Positions 1-8,886 of a DNA stretch of 64,000 nucleotides are shown here, piece by piece (position 1 is the first letter of the stretch; each line of letters opens with the position of its first letter). A program made the translations under genes and the position numbers. The notes beneath the pieces were generated by a model that saw only the letters and a list, made by a program, of their open reading frames with translations, was not told the DNA's origin and did not search any database. The DNA comes from Candidatus Nanopelagicales bacterium (GTDB taxonomy: Bacteria > Actinomycetota > Actinomycetes > S36-B12 > JAWKJK01). The stretch lies in NCBI GenBank assembly GCA_041393815.1, contig JAWKJK010000002.1, forward strand, positions 620,916 to 684,915, given 5' to 3'.

Positions 1-489
1 CGGGCGGTGGTGGAGCTGCTCTACGCGACTGGAATCCGGGTGTCGGAGCTCTGCGGGCTCGACCTCGGCGACGTGGACCCCGCGCGCCGTACCGTGCGCG
101 TCCTCGGCAAGGGCGCCAAGGAGCGGGTGGTGCCGTACGGCGTCCCCGCGCAGCGCGCCCTCGACGACTGGCTGGGGTCCGGGCGCCCCGCGCTGGCGGG
201 TCCGCGCAGCGGGACGGCGCTGCTGCTGGGAGCACGCGGCGGCCGGCTGGACCCGCGGACCGCCCGCGCCGTCGTGCACCGCTTGGTCTCGCACGTCGAC
301 GGGGCCGCGGACATCGGCCCGCACGGCCTGCGGCACTCCGCGGCCACCCACGTGCTGGAGGGCGGCGCGGACCTGCGCTCGGTTCAGGAGCTGCTGGGGC
401 ACGCTACGCTCGCCACGACCCAGATCTATACCCACGTGTCCGTCGAACGACTGAGGTCCACCTATGAGCAGGCGCACCCGCGGGCCTGA
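1..489 (+). CDS. xerC: tyrosine recombinase XerC, C-terminal part (5' end lies outside the window)
   Basis: The reading frame runs to the window edge. It contains a tyrosine-recombinase catalytic region, [39 protein letters not shown] (HxxR...H...Y). Confidence 0.9.
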   Translation, partial: RAVVELLYATGIRVSELCGLDLGDVDPARRTVRVLGKGAKERVVPYGVPAQRALDDWLGSGRPALAGPRSGTALLLGARGGRLDPRTARAVVHRLVSHVDGAADIGPHGLRHSAATHVLEGGADLRSVQELLGHATLATTQIYTHVSVERLRSTYEQAHPRA

Positions 490-1438
490 CGACGCCGTCG
501 CCGCGGCGGTGGAGCGACCTCGCCTGGAGGTCGGGTCCGGCGGAGCCGCCGAGGGTGCCGTCGGCGGTGCCCGCGTCGCCGACGCGAGCGTGAGCGCCGC
601 CCGGGACGATGTCGTCCCAGAGCAGGTGGCCCCCACGCCCGAGGCGGAGGAGGCCGAGGCGGACACCCGTCGTGCCGAAGAGGCACTGCGCCGGCTGTGG
701 GGCGACTACAAGGACACCGCGGACTCCGACCTGCGCGAGCGGCTCATCCTGCACTACTCACCGCTGGTGAAGTACGTCGCCGGTCGCGTGGGCGTCGGCC
801 TGCCGCCCAACGTGGAGCAGGCCGACCTGGTGTCGTACGGCATCTTCGGCCTCATCGACGCGATCGAGAAGTACGACCTCGAACGAGGCAACAAGTTCGA
901 GACGTATGCCATCAGCAGGATCCGCGGCGCCATCATCGACGAGTTGCGCTCGCTGGACTGGATCCCGCGGTCGGTGCGGTCCAAGGCCCGCGACGTCGAG
1001 AAGGCGTACGCCACCCTGGAGGGGCGGCTGCAGCGGACCCCGACCGAGGCCGAGGTCGCCGACGAGCTCGGGATCAGCCAGACCGAGCTGCAGGCGATCT
1101 TCAGCCAGGTGTCGTTCGTCAACGTCGTCGCGCTCGACGAGCTCGTGCACGGGTCCGAGTCCGGCGACGGCGCCACGCTGGGGGACACGCTGGAGGACCG
1201 GCGGGCCGAGGACCCGGTCGCCGCGTTCGAGACCGAGGAGACCAAGTTCATGCTCGCCCGCGCGATCAACGGTCTGGGCGAGCGGGAGAAGATCGTGGTG
1301 ACCCTGTACTACTACGAGGGCCTCACCCTGGCGGAGATCGGGCAGGTCCTGGGCGTGACCGAGAGTCGCATCTGCCAGCTGCACACGAAGGCGGTGCTGC
1401 AGCTGCGGTCCCGGCTGGCGGATGCCGAGGCTGTCTGA
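464..1438 (+). CDS. whiG: sigma-28-type RNA polymerase sigma factor (WhiG/FliA family)
   Basis: Strong resemblance to Streptomyces WhiG: [44 protein letters not shown], and the C-terminal [28 protein letters not shown]. The start is uncertain: ATG 464 overlaps the xerC end, and in-frame GTGs occur at 509 and 590. Confidence 0.85.
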   Translation: MSRRTRGPDDAVAAAVERPRLEVGSGGAAEGAVGGARVADASVSAARDDVVPEQVAPTPEAEEAEADTRRAEEALRRLWGDYKDTADSDLRERLILHYSPLVKYVAGRVGVGLPPNVEQADLVSYGIFGLIDAIEKYDLERGNKFETYAISRIRGAIIDELRSLDWIPRSVRSKARDVEKAYATLEGRLQRTPTEAEVADELGISQTELQAIFSQVSFVNVVALDELVHGSESGDGATLGDTLEDRRAEDPVAAFETEETKFMLARAINGLGEREKIVVTLYYYEGLTLAEIGQVLGVTESRICQLHTKAVLQLRSRLADAEAV

Positions 1439-2153
1439 CCGCCCCTCGGCCGGGCAGCAGCACCACCGTTCCTCCGCCCACGAGCAGCAGCGGATCGAGG
1501 TAGTCCCGACCCCGACGCAGCCCCCAGTGCAGGCAGGTCGGCCACTGCCCGCAGTGCGAGGCGCCGAGGGCGATCGTCCCGAGCAACTCACCCCGGCGCA
1601 CGGTGTCGCCCACCCGGACCTGCGGGCTCACCGGCTCGTACGTGGTCCGCAGCGCCCCGTGCGACACGACGACCACCCCTCGACCGGCCAGGTCCCCGGC
1701 GACGGTGACCACGCCCGGCCCGGCCGACAGGACGGGGTCGCCGACGGCCGCCGCGAGGTCGACGCCCCGATGCCCGGACAGCCACGGTCGAGCCGGCGGG
1801 TCGAACCGCCGCTGCAGCCGGGGCCGTCCGGCGACCGGCCACCCCCACGCCCGGCCGCGCAGGTCACGGCCACCCGGATCCGGTGTCCCGGGAAGCGGGC
1901 CCACGACGTGCGCGGGTCCGGGCAGCGCGGGTCCGGGCAGCGCTGCCGCGGAGGGCACGGGGGCCAGGACGAGGGTCGTGGCGGCGATGATGGCGGCCAC
2001 GGCGGCGATCACGACCCGCGGGTCGACCGCGGCGAGGGAGCATCCGCGCGGCCGGGGCCGGCCGAGCCGGTGCGGGTAACGCGGCCGGGGCCGGCCGAGC
2101 CGGTGCGGGAAACGCGGCCGGGGCCGGCCGAGCCGGTGCGGGAAAGTCGTCAC
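1323..2153 (-). CDS. M23 family metallopeptidase, membrane-anchored or secreted
   Basis: M23 motifs HRGVDLAA (HxxxD) and CLHWGL, preceded by a hydrophobic helix [19 protein letters not shown]. The proposed GTG start at 2153 is in frame. The N-terminus carries 3x [11 protein letters not shown]. The 3' end overlaps whiG convergently by 116 nt. Confidence 0.75.
   Translation of the reverse strand: MTTFPHRLGRPRPRFPHRLGRPRPRYPHRLGRPRPRGCSLAAVDPRVVIAAVAAIIAATTLVLAPVPSAAALPGPALPGPAHVVGPLPGTPDPGGRDLRGRAWGWPVAGRPRLQRRFDPPARPWLSGHRGVDLAAAVGDPVLSAGPGVVTVAGDLAGRGVVVVSHGALRTTYEPVSPQVRVGDTVRRGELLGTIALGASHCGQWPTCLHWGLRRGRDYLDPLLLVGGGTVVLLPGRGAVRQPRHPPAGTAAAAPPSCAAGRCDSRSRPGPARSPPG
2047..2145 (-). repeat. 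33-bp tandem repeat x3 (encodes [12 protein letters not shown] x3)
   Basis: Units 2047-2079, 2080-2112 and 2113-2145 share an identical 30-nt core, CGCGGCCGGGGCCGGCCGAGCCGGTGCGGG. The period is a multiple of 3. Confidence 0.95.
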
Positions 2154-2586
2154 GGCGCCACCGTCTCCCGCAGCGACGCCGGCGGTAGCCCTCACGGTCG
2201 CGCCTGTGGACGGCCCGCACGCATCGGCGCCGCCTGGGGACGACCGGGGGCACCGTCTCGACCACCCGGACCGGGCACGACGCCGACGCACGATCACGGA
2301 TAGCCGAGGACCCGAGAGCGCCGGCTCGCTGATACCGGACATACCGCGCGTTTCGGACCGGGCCCCCCGCTGACGTAGACTTCTCCCCGGTGCGCCCTCG
2401 GGTGCACCCATTTCGCACGCTCGCTTCCCGGGGCCCGGCCCCGGCGGCACGTCCCTCGGTCCCCGGTCCGCCGGGGTGGTGGGCGCGACCGGCGGGCGTC
2501 AGGCGCGGCGACCCGACCGGGCGTCGCGAGGAACCGAGTACGCGCGCCGGCCGATCCGCCGTCGCACGAGAAGGAGTGCTGCGGCC

Positions 2587-3522
2587 ATGGCCGTCGTCAC
2601 CATGAGGCAGCTGCTCGAGAGCGGCGTCCACTTCGGTCACCAGACCCGCCGGTGGAACCCCAAGATGAAGCGGTTCATCTTCACCGAGCGCAACGGCATC
2701 TACATCATCGATCTGCAGCAGTCGCTGTCGTACATCGACCGCGCCTACGAGTTCATCAAGGAGACCGTCGCGCACGGCGGCTCGATCCTGTTCGTGGGCA
2801 CCAAGAAGCAGGCGCAGGAGGCTGTGGCGCAGCAGGCCACCCGCGTCGGCATGCCGTACGTCAACCAGCGCTGGCTCGGCGGCATGCTCACCAACTTCTC
2901 GACGGTCCACAAGCGGCTGCAGCGGCTCAAGGAGCTCGAGGAGATCGACTTCGACGACGTGGCCGGCTCCGGCATGACCAAGAAGGAGCTGCTCGTCCTC
3001 AAGCGCGAGAAGGACAAGCTCGAGCGCACCCTCGGCGGTATCCGTGACATGAGCCGCGTCCCGAGCGCGGTCTGGATCGTGGACACCAAGAAGGAGCACA
3101 TCGCCATCGGCGAGGCGCGCAAGCTCGGCATCCCGGTCGTCGCCATCCTCGACACCAACTGCGACCCGGACGAGGTCGACTTCCCCATCCCGGGCAACGA
3201 CGACGCGATCCGCTCCGTCGCCCTGCTGACCCGCGTGGTCGCCGACGCCGCCGCCGAGGGCCTGATGGCCCGCGCCGGCCGCGGCCACGGCGAGGGCGAG
3301 TCCGCTGGCGTCGCGGTGGACGAGCCGCTGGCCGAGTGGGAGAAGGAGCTGCTCGCCGGCGCCGAGGCCGCGGAGGCTGCGGACGCCGCCGTCGCCGCGA
3401 CCGAGGCCGTCGCTGCGGAGGCCGTCGCCGACGTCTCCGCCGAGGCCCCGGCCTCCGAGCCGGTCGCCGAGGCGGTCGTCGAGGTCGTGGCCGAGGCCGC
3501 GCCGGAGACCCCGCAGGCCTGA
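2587..3522 (+). CDS. rpsB: 30S ribosomal protein S2
   Basis: [27 protein letters not shown]..., preceded by the RBS GAAGGAG. It has the Ala/Glu-rich C-terminal tail typical of actinobacteria. The upstream part of ORF 2476 was discarded. Confidence 0.97.
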   Translation: MAVVTMRQLLESGVHFGHQTRRWNPKMKRFIFTERNGIYIIDLQQSLSYIDRAYEFIKETVAHGGSILFVGTKKQAQEAVAQQATRVGMPYVNQRWLGGMLTNFSTVHKRLQRLKELEEIDFDDVAGSGMTKKELLVLKREKDKLERTLGGIRDMSRVPSAVWIVDTKKEHIAIGEARKLGIPVVAILDTNCDPDEVDFPIPGNDDAIRSVALLTRVVADAAAEGLMARAGRGHGEGESAGVAVDEPLAEWEKELLAGAEAAEAADAAVAATEAVAAEAVADVSAEAPASEPVAEAVVEVVAEAAPETPQA

Positions 3523-3531
3523 CCCGGCCGC

Positions 3532-3562
3532 CGCACGGGCCGCCCCTGGGCCGGCCCGTGCG
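3532..3562 (+). terminator. GC-rich hairpin after rpsB (putative terminator or attenuator)
   Basis: 11-bp stem CGCACGGGCCG/CGGCCCGTGCG located 10 nt after the rpsB stop. No U-tract. Confidence 0.5.
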
Positions 3563-3673
3563 CGTCCCCCTGCCCGACGTCCCGTCCGTCCCACGCCGAC
3601 ACCGGCTGCGGGTCGGCCCGACCCGGGCCCCCGAACCGATCCGCCAGACCAGCGAAGGAAACGAGAACACCCG

Positions 3674-4489
3674 ATGGCGAACATCACTGCCGCCGACGTC
3701 AAGAAGCTCCGCGACCTCACGGCCGCCGGGATGATGGAGTGCAAGAAGGCGCTGGAGGAGGCCGACGGCGACTTCGACAAGGCCGTGGAGATCCTGCGCA
3801 TCTCCGGTGCCGCCAAGGCCGCCAAGCGGGGCGCCGAGCGCACCGCCTCCAACGGCCTGGTGGCCGCTCACGACGGTGCGCTGGTCGAGCTGAACTGCGA
3901 GACCGACTTCGTCGCCAAGAACGCCGACTTCCAGGCCCTGGCCGACCAGATCGTCACCGCCGCCGCGGCGGCGGGCGTGGCCGACGCCGAGGCGCTGAAG
4001 TCGGTGTCGCTGGCCTCTGGCAAGACCGTGCAGGAGGAGATCGAGGGGCTGGCCGGCGTCATCGGCGAGAAGCTCGAGCTCGGCCGGGTGGCCGTCCTCG
4101 ATGCGCCGGTCGCGGTCTACCTGCACCGCCGCGCCTCCGACCTGCCCCCGCAGGTGGGCGTGCTGGTGTCGTACCAGGGCTCCGAGGACGCCGCCCGCGG
4201 CGTCGCCATGCAGGTGGCGGCCATGCGCCCGGTGTACGTGACCCGCGACGAGGTCCCCGCCGACGTCGTGGAGAACGAGCGCCGGATCGCCGAGGCGACG
4301 GCCCGCGAAGAGGGCAAGCCCGAGGCTGCCCTGCCGAGGATTGTCGAGGGGCGCCTGAACGGGTTCTTCAAGGACTCCGTGCTGGTCGACCAGCCGTCGG
4401 TCACCGACTCGAAGAAGTCGGTCCAGGGCGTGCTGGACGAGGCGGGCACCTCCGTGAGCCGGTTCGTCCGCTTCGAGGTCGGCCAGTAG
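3674..4489 (+). CDS. tsf: elongation factor Ts
   Basis: [42 protein letters not shown]. Located downstream of rpsB. Confidence 0.97.
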   Translation: MANITAADVKKLRDLTAAGMMECKKALEEADGDFDKAVEILRISGAAKAAKRGAERTASNGLVAAHDGALVELNCETDFVAKNADFQALADQIVTAAAAAGVADAEALKSVSLASGKTVQEEIEGLAGVIGEKLELGRVAVLDAPVAVYLHRRASDLPPQVGVLVSYQGSEDAARGVAMQVAAMRPVYVTRDEVPADVVENERRIAEATAREEGKPEAALPRIVEGRLNGFFKDSVLVDQPSVTDSKKSVQGVLDEAGTSVSRFVRFEVGQ

Positions 4490-4513
4490 CTCGGCCTGGG
4501 ACACGGTCAACAC

Positions 4514-4686
4514 AACGGGCCGGTGGACGTCGGGGGTCGACGGACACCGGCCCGTCCCTTAGCGCAGGGGGGTGGACGGGCGGTGGACGTCGGGGGTCGA
4601 CGGACACCGGCCCGTCCCTTAGCGCAGGGGGGTGGACGGGCGGTGGACGTCGGGGGTCGACGGACACCGGCCCGTCCCTTAGGGCA
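4514..4686 (+). repeat. 60-bp tandem repeat, about 2.7 perfect copies, each unit a hairpin
   Basis: 4521-4580 is identical to 4581-4640, and 4641-4683 repeats the first 43 nt. Each unit folds as ACGGGC(C)GGTG..CGTCG-GGGGT-CGACG..CACCGGCCCGT. Confidence 0.95.
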
Positions 4687-4698
4687 GACTGCCGAGTC

Positions 4699-5529
4699 GT
4701 GGAGACGCTGGTGACCTCAGGCGTGACCCCCACCCGCTCCGCCGTGGTGCAGCCGGCGCTGGAGGGCACCTGGCAGACCTGGGAGGAGGCTCCCGACTCG
4801 GGTTGGCCCCGGGTGCTGCTGAAGCTGTCCGGCGAGGCGTTCGCCGGTGGCGGTGGGCTCGGCGTCGACCCCGACGTGGTGAACTCGATCGCGCGCCAGA
4901 TCGCCGAGGTGGTCCGCTCCGGCACCCAGGTCGCGGTCGTGATCGGCGGGGGCAACTACTTCCGCGGTGCCCAGCTGTCCGAGCACGGCATGGACCGGGC
5001 CCGGGCTGACTACATGGGCATGCTCGGCACGGTGATGAACTGCCTGGCGCTGCAGGACTTCCTGGAGAAGCAGGGCGTCGACACCCGCGTGCAGACGGCC
5101 ATCGCGATGGGCCAGGTCGCCGAGCCGTACGTGCCCCGCCGAGCGATCCGGCACCTGGAGAAGGGGCGGGTGGTCATCTTCGGCGCCGGCTTGGGGGCCC
5201 CCTACTTCTCCACCGACACCACCGCGGCACAGCGTGCCCTCGAGGTCGGCGCCCAGGTCGTGCTGATGGCCAAGGGGGTCGACGGCGTCTACGACGCGGA
5301 TCCGCGACAGGTGCCCGACGCGAACCGGTTCGAACGTCTGACGCACGCCGAGGTCCTCGCCCGCGGGCTGAAGGTCGCTGACGCCACGGCGATCTCGCTG
5401 TGCCAGGACAACCACCTGCCGATCGTGGTGTTCAACCTGCTCGTCGAAGGCAACATCGCCCGCGCCGTGCGGGGTGAGAGGATCGGGACGATCGTGACGA
5501 CGGACGACGGTGGATCGGAGCGGCAGTGA
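4699..5529 (+). CDS. pyrH: UMP kinase
   Basis: [11 protein letters not shown]..., [26 protein letters not shown]. The start is a GTG at 4699 (alternatives 4711 and 4723), immediately after the tandem repeat. The long upstream ORF extension was rejected. Confidence 0.92.
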   Translation: METLVTSGVTPTRSAVVQPALEGTWQTWEEAPDSGWPRVLLKLSGEAFAGGGGLGVDPDVVNSIARQIAEVVRSGTQVAVVIGGGNYFRGAQLSEHGMDRARADYMGMLGTVMNCLALQDFLEKQGVDTRVQTAIAMGQVAEPYVPRRAIRHLEKGRVVIFGAGLGAPYFSTDTTAAQRALEVGAQVVLMAKGVDGVYDADPRQVPDANRFERLTHAEVLARGLKVADATAISLCQDNHLPIVVFNLLVEGNIARAVRGERIGTIVTTDDGGSERQ

Positions 5530-6083
5530 TCGACGAGACCCTCCTCGAGACCGAGGACAAGATGGACAAGGCGCTCGCGTTCGCGCGCGAGGACTTCTCG
5601 ACGATCCGCACCGGCCGGGCGACGCCGGCGATGTTCAACAAGATCACGGTGGACTACTACGGGACGCAGACGCCGATCAACCAGCTCGCGTCGTTCCAGA
5701 CGCCCGAGGCCCGGATGGTCATCATCACCCCGTACGACAAGGGGTCGATGCACGCGATCGAGAAGGCCATCCGTGACAGCGACCTCGGGGTGAACCCCAA
5801 CACGGACGGCCAGATCATCCGCATCGTGCTCCCGCAGCTCACCGAGGAGCGGCGCAAGGAGTACATCAAGATGGCGCGACACAAGGCTGAGGAGGCCCGC
5901 GTCGCGATCCGCAACATCCGCCGCCACGCCAAGGACACCCTGGACAAGCTGGCGAAGGACGGGGAGGCCGGCGAGGACGACGTGCGCCGCGCGGAGAAGC
6001 ACCTCGAGGAGGTCACGCACACGTACGTGACCCACGTGGACGAGATGCTGAAGCACAAGGAAGCCGAGCTCCTCGAGGTCTGA
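5526..6083 (+). CDS. frr: ribosome recycling factor
   Basis: Full-length RRF similarity ([21 protein letters not shown]..., [12 protein letters not shown]). The GTG start overlaps the pyrH stop. Confidence 0.97.
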   Translation: MIDETLLETEDKMDKALAFAREDFSTIRTGRATPAMFNKITVDYYGTQTPINQLASFQTPEARMVIITPYDKGSMHAIEKAIRDSDLGVNPNTDGQIIRIVLPQLTEERRKEYIKMARHKAEEARVAIRNIRRHAKDTLDKLAKDGEAGEDDVRRAEKHLEEVTHTYVTHVDEMLKHKEAELLEV

Positions 6084-6092
6084 CGGCGACCC

Positions 6093-6974
6093 ATGGGAGA
6101 CGGCGACGACGCAGCGGGCCGTACCGGCGGGGACGCCGGGACGGCCGCGCCCGCGACCTCGCGGGCCGGCCGCAACCTGCCCGCCGCGATCGCCTCCGGC
6201 GTCGCCCTGGGAGCGGTCGTCCTGGTCAGCCTGTTCACGGTCAAGTGGCTGTTCGCCGTGGTCGCGGCGGCGGCGATCGTCATCGGCATCGCCGAGCTCA
6301 CCGGTGCGTTCGCCGGTCGCGGGATCCGGCTGGCACGCACGCCGCTGTACGCCTCCGCGGTCATCGGGTCCGCCGCGGCATACCTGTGGGGGGTCGAGGC
6401 GCAGCTGGCGGTCTTCGGCGCCACCGTGGTCGCGATCCTGATCTGGCGGATCCGGCGCGGGACGCAGGACTACGTCCGGGACGCGTCGGCCAGCGTGTTC
6501 GTCGCGGCCTACCTGCCGTTCATGGTCGGCTTCGTGATGCTGATGCTGGCGGCCGACAACGGGCCGCAGCGGATCGTCGGCTTCATCCTGCTGACCATCT
6601 GCAACGACATCGGCGGCTACGCCACCGGCGTGCTGTTCGGGAAGCACCCGATCGCCCCGCAGGTGAGCCCGAAGAAGTCCTGGGAGGGTTTCGCCGGGTC
6701 CCTCGTCACGCAGTGCATCGCCGGCGTCCTGGTGTTCGTCTACCTGTTCGACGCCCCGTGGTGGCAGGGCGTCGTGACCGCGGTGGTCATGACCGTCGTC
6801 GCGACCGCCGGGGACTTCGCCGAGAGCGCCATCAAGCGCGACCTGGGCGTGAAGGACATGGGTACGTTCCTTCCCGGCCACGGCGGCCTGATGGACCGGC
6901 TGGACTCGCTGGTGCCCAACGCGTTCGCGGCGTGGGCGCTGTTCACGCTGTTCCTCGGACCGGGGACGGCCTGA
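6093..6974 (+). CDS. cdsA: phosphatidate cytidylyltransferase
   Basis: CdsA signature [28 protein letters not shown], with multiple TM segments. Confidence 0.9.
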   Translation: MGDGDDAAGRTGGDAGTAAPATSRAGRNLPAAIASGVALGAVVLVSLFTVKWLFAVVAAAAIVIGIAELTGAFAGRGIRLARTPLYASAVIGSAAAYLWGVEAQLAVFGATVVAILIWRIRRGTQDYVRDASASVFVAAYLPFMVGFVMLMLAADNGPQRIVGFILLTICNDIGGYATGVLFGKHPIAPQVSPKKSWEGFAGSLVTQCIAGVLVFVYLFDAPWWQGVVTAVVMTVVATAGDFAESAIKRDLGVKDMGTFLPGHGGLMDRLDSLVPNAFAAWALFTLFLGPGTA

Positions 6975-6994
6975 CCTCGTGCGACACTGACCGG

Positions 6995-8098
6995 GTGCCC
7001 GAACCCGGTGAGCTGACGTTCGTCGCGCCGCGTCGGGCCAAGCCCCCGCGGCACTGGGTCGACCTCGACCCGGGAGAGCGCCGCTCGGCGGTGGAGGCGC
7101 TGGGGTTGCCGGGCTTCCGGGCCGACCAGCTGTCGCGGCAGTGGTTCGGCCGGCTGTCGGACCGACCGTCGACCTGGACCGACCTGCCCGCCGACCTGCG
7201 TGGTCGGGTCGCCGAGGAGCTGTTCCCGCCGCTGCTGGACCCGGTGCGCGACCTCACGTGCGACGGGGGCACCACCGTCAAGACGCTGTGGCGGCTGTTC
7301 GACGGGGCCCTGGTGGAGAGCGTGCTGATGCGCTATCCCGACCGGGTCACGATGTGCGTGTCCTCGCAGGCCGGCTGCGGGATGAACTGCCCGTTCTGCG
7401 CGACCGGCCAGGCGGGGCTCACGCGCAACCTGTCGACCGCCGAGATCGTGGAGCAGGTCCTGGCAGGTGCCCGTGCGCTGGCGGCCGGGGAGATCCCCGG
7501 GGGACCGGGCCGCGTCGGCAACGTCGTGTTCATGGGCATGGGCGAGCCGCTGGCCAACTACGGGGCGCTGGTGCGCGCGCTGCGGCGGCTGACCGACAAG
7601 GCCCCGGCCGGCTTCGGAATGTCTGCCCGCGGCATCACGGTGTCCACGGTCGGGCTGGTGCCGAGGATCCGCGACCTGGCCGGGGAGGGCCTGCCGGTGA
7701 CCCTGGCAGTGTCTCTGCACGCACCGGACGACGAGCTCAGGGACACCCTGGTCCCCATCAACACCCGCTGGAAGGTTGCCGAGGTGCTCGACGCGGCCTG
7801 GGACTACGCCGAGCGCACCCACCGCCGGGTCAGCATCGAGTACGCGCTGATCCGCGACGTCAACGACCAGGCCTGGCGTGCGGACCTGCTCGGCGACCTG
7901 CTCCGCGGACACCTGGTGCACGTGAACCTGATCCCGCTGAACCCCACACCGGGATCGCAGTGGACCGCGTCCCGGCGCGAGGACGAGCGCACGTTCGTGC
8001 GCCGCCTGGAGGCGAAGGGCGTCGCGGTGACGGTGCGCGACACGCGCGGCCGGGAGATCGACGGAGCCTGCGGGCAGCTGGCCGCGGCCCCGACCTGA
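6995..8098 (+). CDS. rlmN: 23S rRNA/tRNA (adenine-C2)-methyltransferase, radical SAM
   Basis: Radical-SAM cluster [19 protein letters not shown], plus MGMGEPLAN and the C-terminal GACGQL. The first in-frame GTG after the cdsA stop was taken as the start. Confidence 0.9.
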   Translation: MPEPGELTFVAPRRAKPPRHWVDLDPGERRSAVEALGLPGFRADQLSRQWFGRLSDRPSTWTDLPADLRGRVAEELFPPLLDPVRDLTCDGGTTVKTLWRLFDGALVESVLMRYPDRVTMCVSSQAGCGMNCPFCATGQAGLTRNLSTAEIVEQVLAGARALAAGEIPGGPGRVGNVVFMGMGEPLANYGALVRALRRLTDKAPAGFGMSARGITVSTVGLVPRIRDLAGEGLPVTLAVSLHAPDDELRDTLVPINTRWKVAEVLDAAWDYAERTHRRVSIEYALIRDVNDQAWRADLLGDLLRGHLVHVNLIPLNPTPGSQWTASRREDERTFVRRLEAKGVAVTVRDTRGREIDGACGQLAAAPT

Positions 8099-8138
8099 CC
8101 GGTCCGCGCGGTCCTGGCACGTTCGCGTCGGCCCCGGC

Positions 8139-8160
8139 GGGTCGCGCGACCGCGCGACCC
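8139..8160 (+). terminator. hairpin after rlmN
   Basis: GGGTCGCGCG-AC-CGCGCGACCC, a 10-bp perfect stem between the rlmN stop (8098) and the next start (8182). Confidence 0.5.
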
Positions 8161-8181
8161 GTGCCTTGCCACAGTGGGTCC

Positions 8182-8766
8182 GTGGACGTCCACGCAGACC
8201 CGGAGCAGCAGTTCCTCGCGGCCAGCCGGCACGACCGGCGGAGGCTGCTGCTGCGCTCCGCCCTGCGGATCCTGCTCATCCTCGTCGTGCTGGTCGCGGC
8301 CTACGCCGTCGTCCCCGTGACCTCCGACGACCTGAACCTGGCCCAGGTGCTGCTGCCGGTCCTGGGGCTGGCCGTCTTCGTCTACGTCGTGGTGCGGCAG
8401 ATCCGGCGGATCTTCGTCGCGGACAACCCCGAGATCCGCGCACTCGAGTCGCTGGTCATCATCGTCACCTTCTTCGTCCTGATGTGCTCCTACTACTACG
8501 TCTTCCTCTCCGCCACCGATCCCGCCTCGTTCACCGAGCCGGTCGGCAAGGTCGCGGGCGCGTACTTCTCGATGACCGTGCTGTCCACCGTCGGCTTCGG
8601 TGACATCACGCCCGTCACGGACGGGGCCCGGATCGTCGTCACCATGCAGATGGCCATCGACGTCCTGATCATCGGCGTCGCCGTCCGGCTGCTCACCCGG
8701 GTCGCGAAGGTGGCCCGCTCCCACCGCGCGAACCAGCAGGCCGACCGGCAGGTGCGGCCCGACTAG
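8182..8766 (+). CDS. potassium-channel-like ion transport protein
   Basis: K+ selectivity filter TVGFGD flanked by TM helices. The GTG start was chosen within the longer ORF 7141-8766. Confidence 0.75.
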   Translation: MDVHADPEQQFLAASRHDRRRLLLRSALRILLILVVLVAAYAVVPVTSDDLNLAQVLLPVLGLAVFVYVVVRQIRRIFVADNPEIRALESLVIIVTFFVLMCSYYYVFLSATDPASFTEPVGKVAGAYFSMTVLSTVGFGDITPVTDGARIVVTMQMAIDVLIIGVAVRLLTRVAKVARSHRANQQADRQVRPD

Positions 8767-8886
8767 CACCGGCGCCGCCGCTCGTCGCGCCCGCGCGTCC
8801 GTTCGCCGATGGGTCCACCCGGATCCGCCCGGACCGGCCGGGTCCCCTGCCACGATGGCCGGACGGACGAGACCGGGAGGACGGAC

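Noticed and set aside
2154-2450. Possible c-di-AMP (ydaO-type) riboswitch upstream of the M23 hydrolase. The minus strand contains AGCGGGGGGCCCG, GGGGAGAAGUC and GGCUAUCCGUGAUCG, which are reminiscent of ydaO core motifs.
   Set aside because: The order and spacing of the motif-like strings do not match the ydaO architecture as I recall it, and I could not build the pseudo-symmetric fold by hand. This needs cmsearch (RF00379) before any claim is made.
1864-3852. 662-aa ORF on the minus strand, antisense to rpsB. Similar very long antisense or off-frame ORFs occur at 2999-4513, 29062-31533, 34958-37126, 39167-41179, 50227-52839, 52840-54762 and 54901-57810.
   Set aside because: Their translations are Arg/Pro/Gly/Ala-rich low-complexity strings with no recognisable motifs. 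They lie opposite, or out of frame with, genes that have unambiguous conserved motifs. Stop-codon-poor shadow frames are expected at this GC content.
4514-4686. Possible CRISPR array (regular 60-bp periodicity)
   Set aside because: The units are contiguous and identical with no unique spacers, and no cas genes are present in the window. It is a tandem repeat, not a CRISPR array.
3739-4698. 5' extensions of real genes in the ORF track: pyrH from 3739, rlmN from 6245, the K+ channel gene from 7141, mmsA from 38312, the DUF3037 gene from 57096, the methyltransferase gene from 60303, and the gabD-like gene from 51242
   Set aside because: The extensions overlap the preceding conserved genes in another frame and have non-protein-like composition. 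Homology-like sequence begins only near the internal start codons that I chose.
4523-4714. 63-aa ORF ([21 protein letters not shown]... repeated) inside the tsf-pyrH tandem repeat
   Set aside because: The repetitive peptide is simply the translation of the 60-bp repeat. There is no RBS, the composition is not protein-like, and the region is better explained as hairpin repeats.
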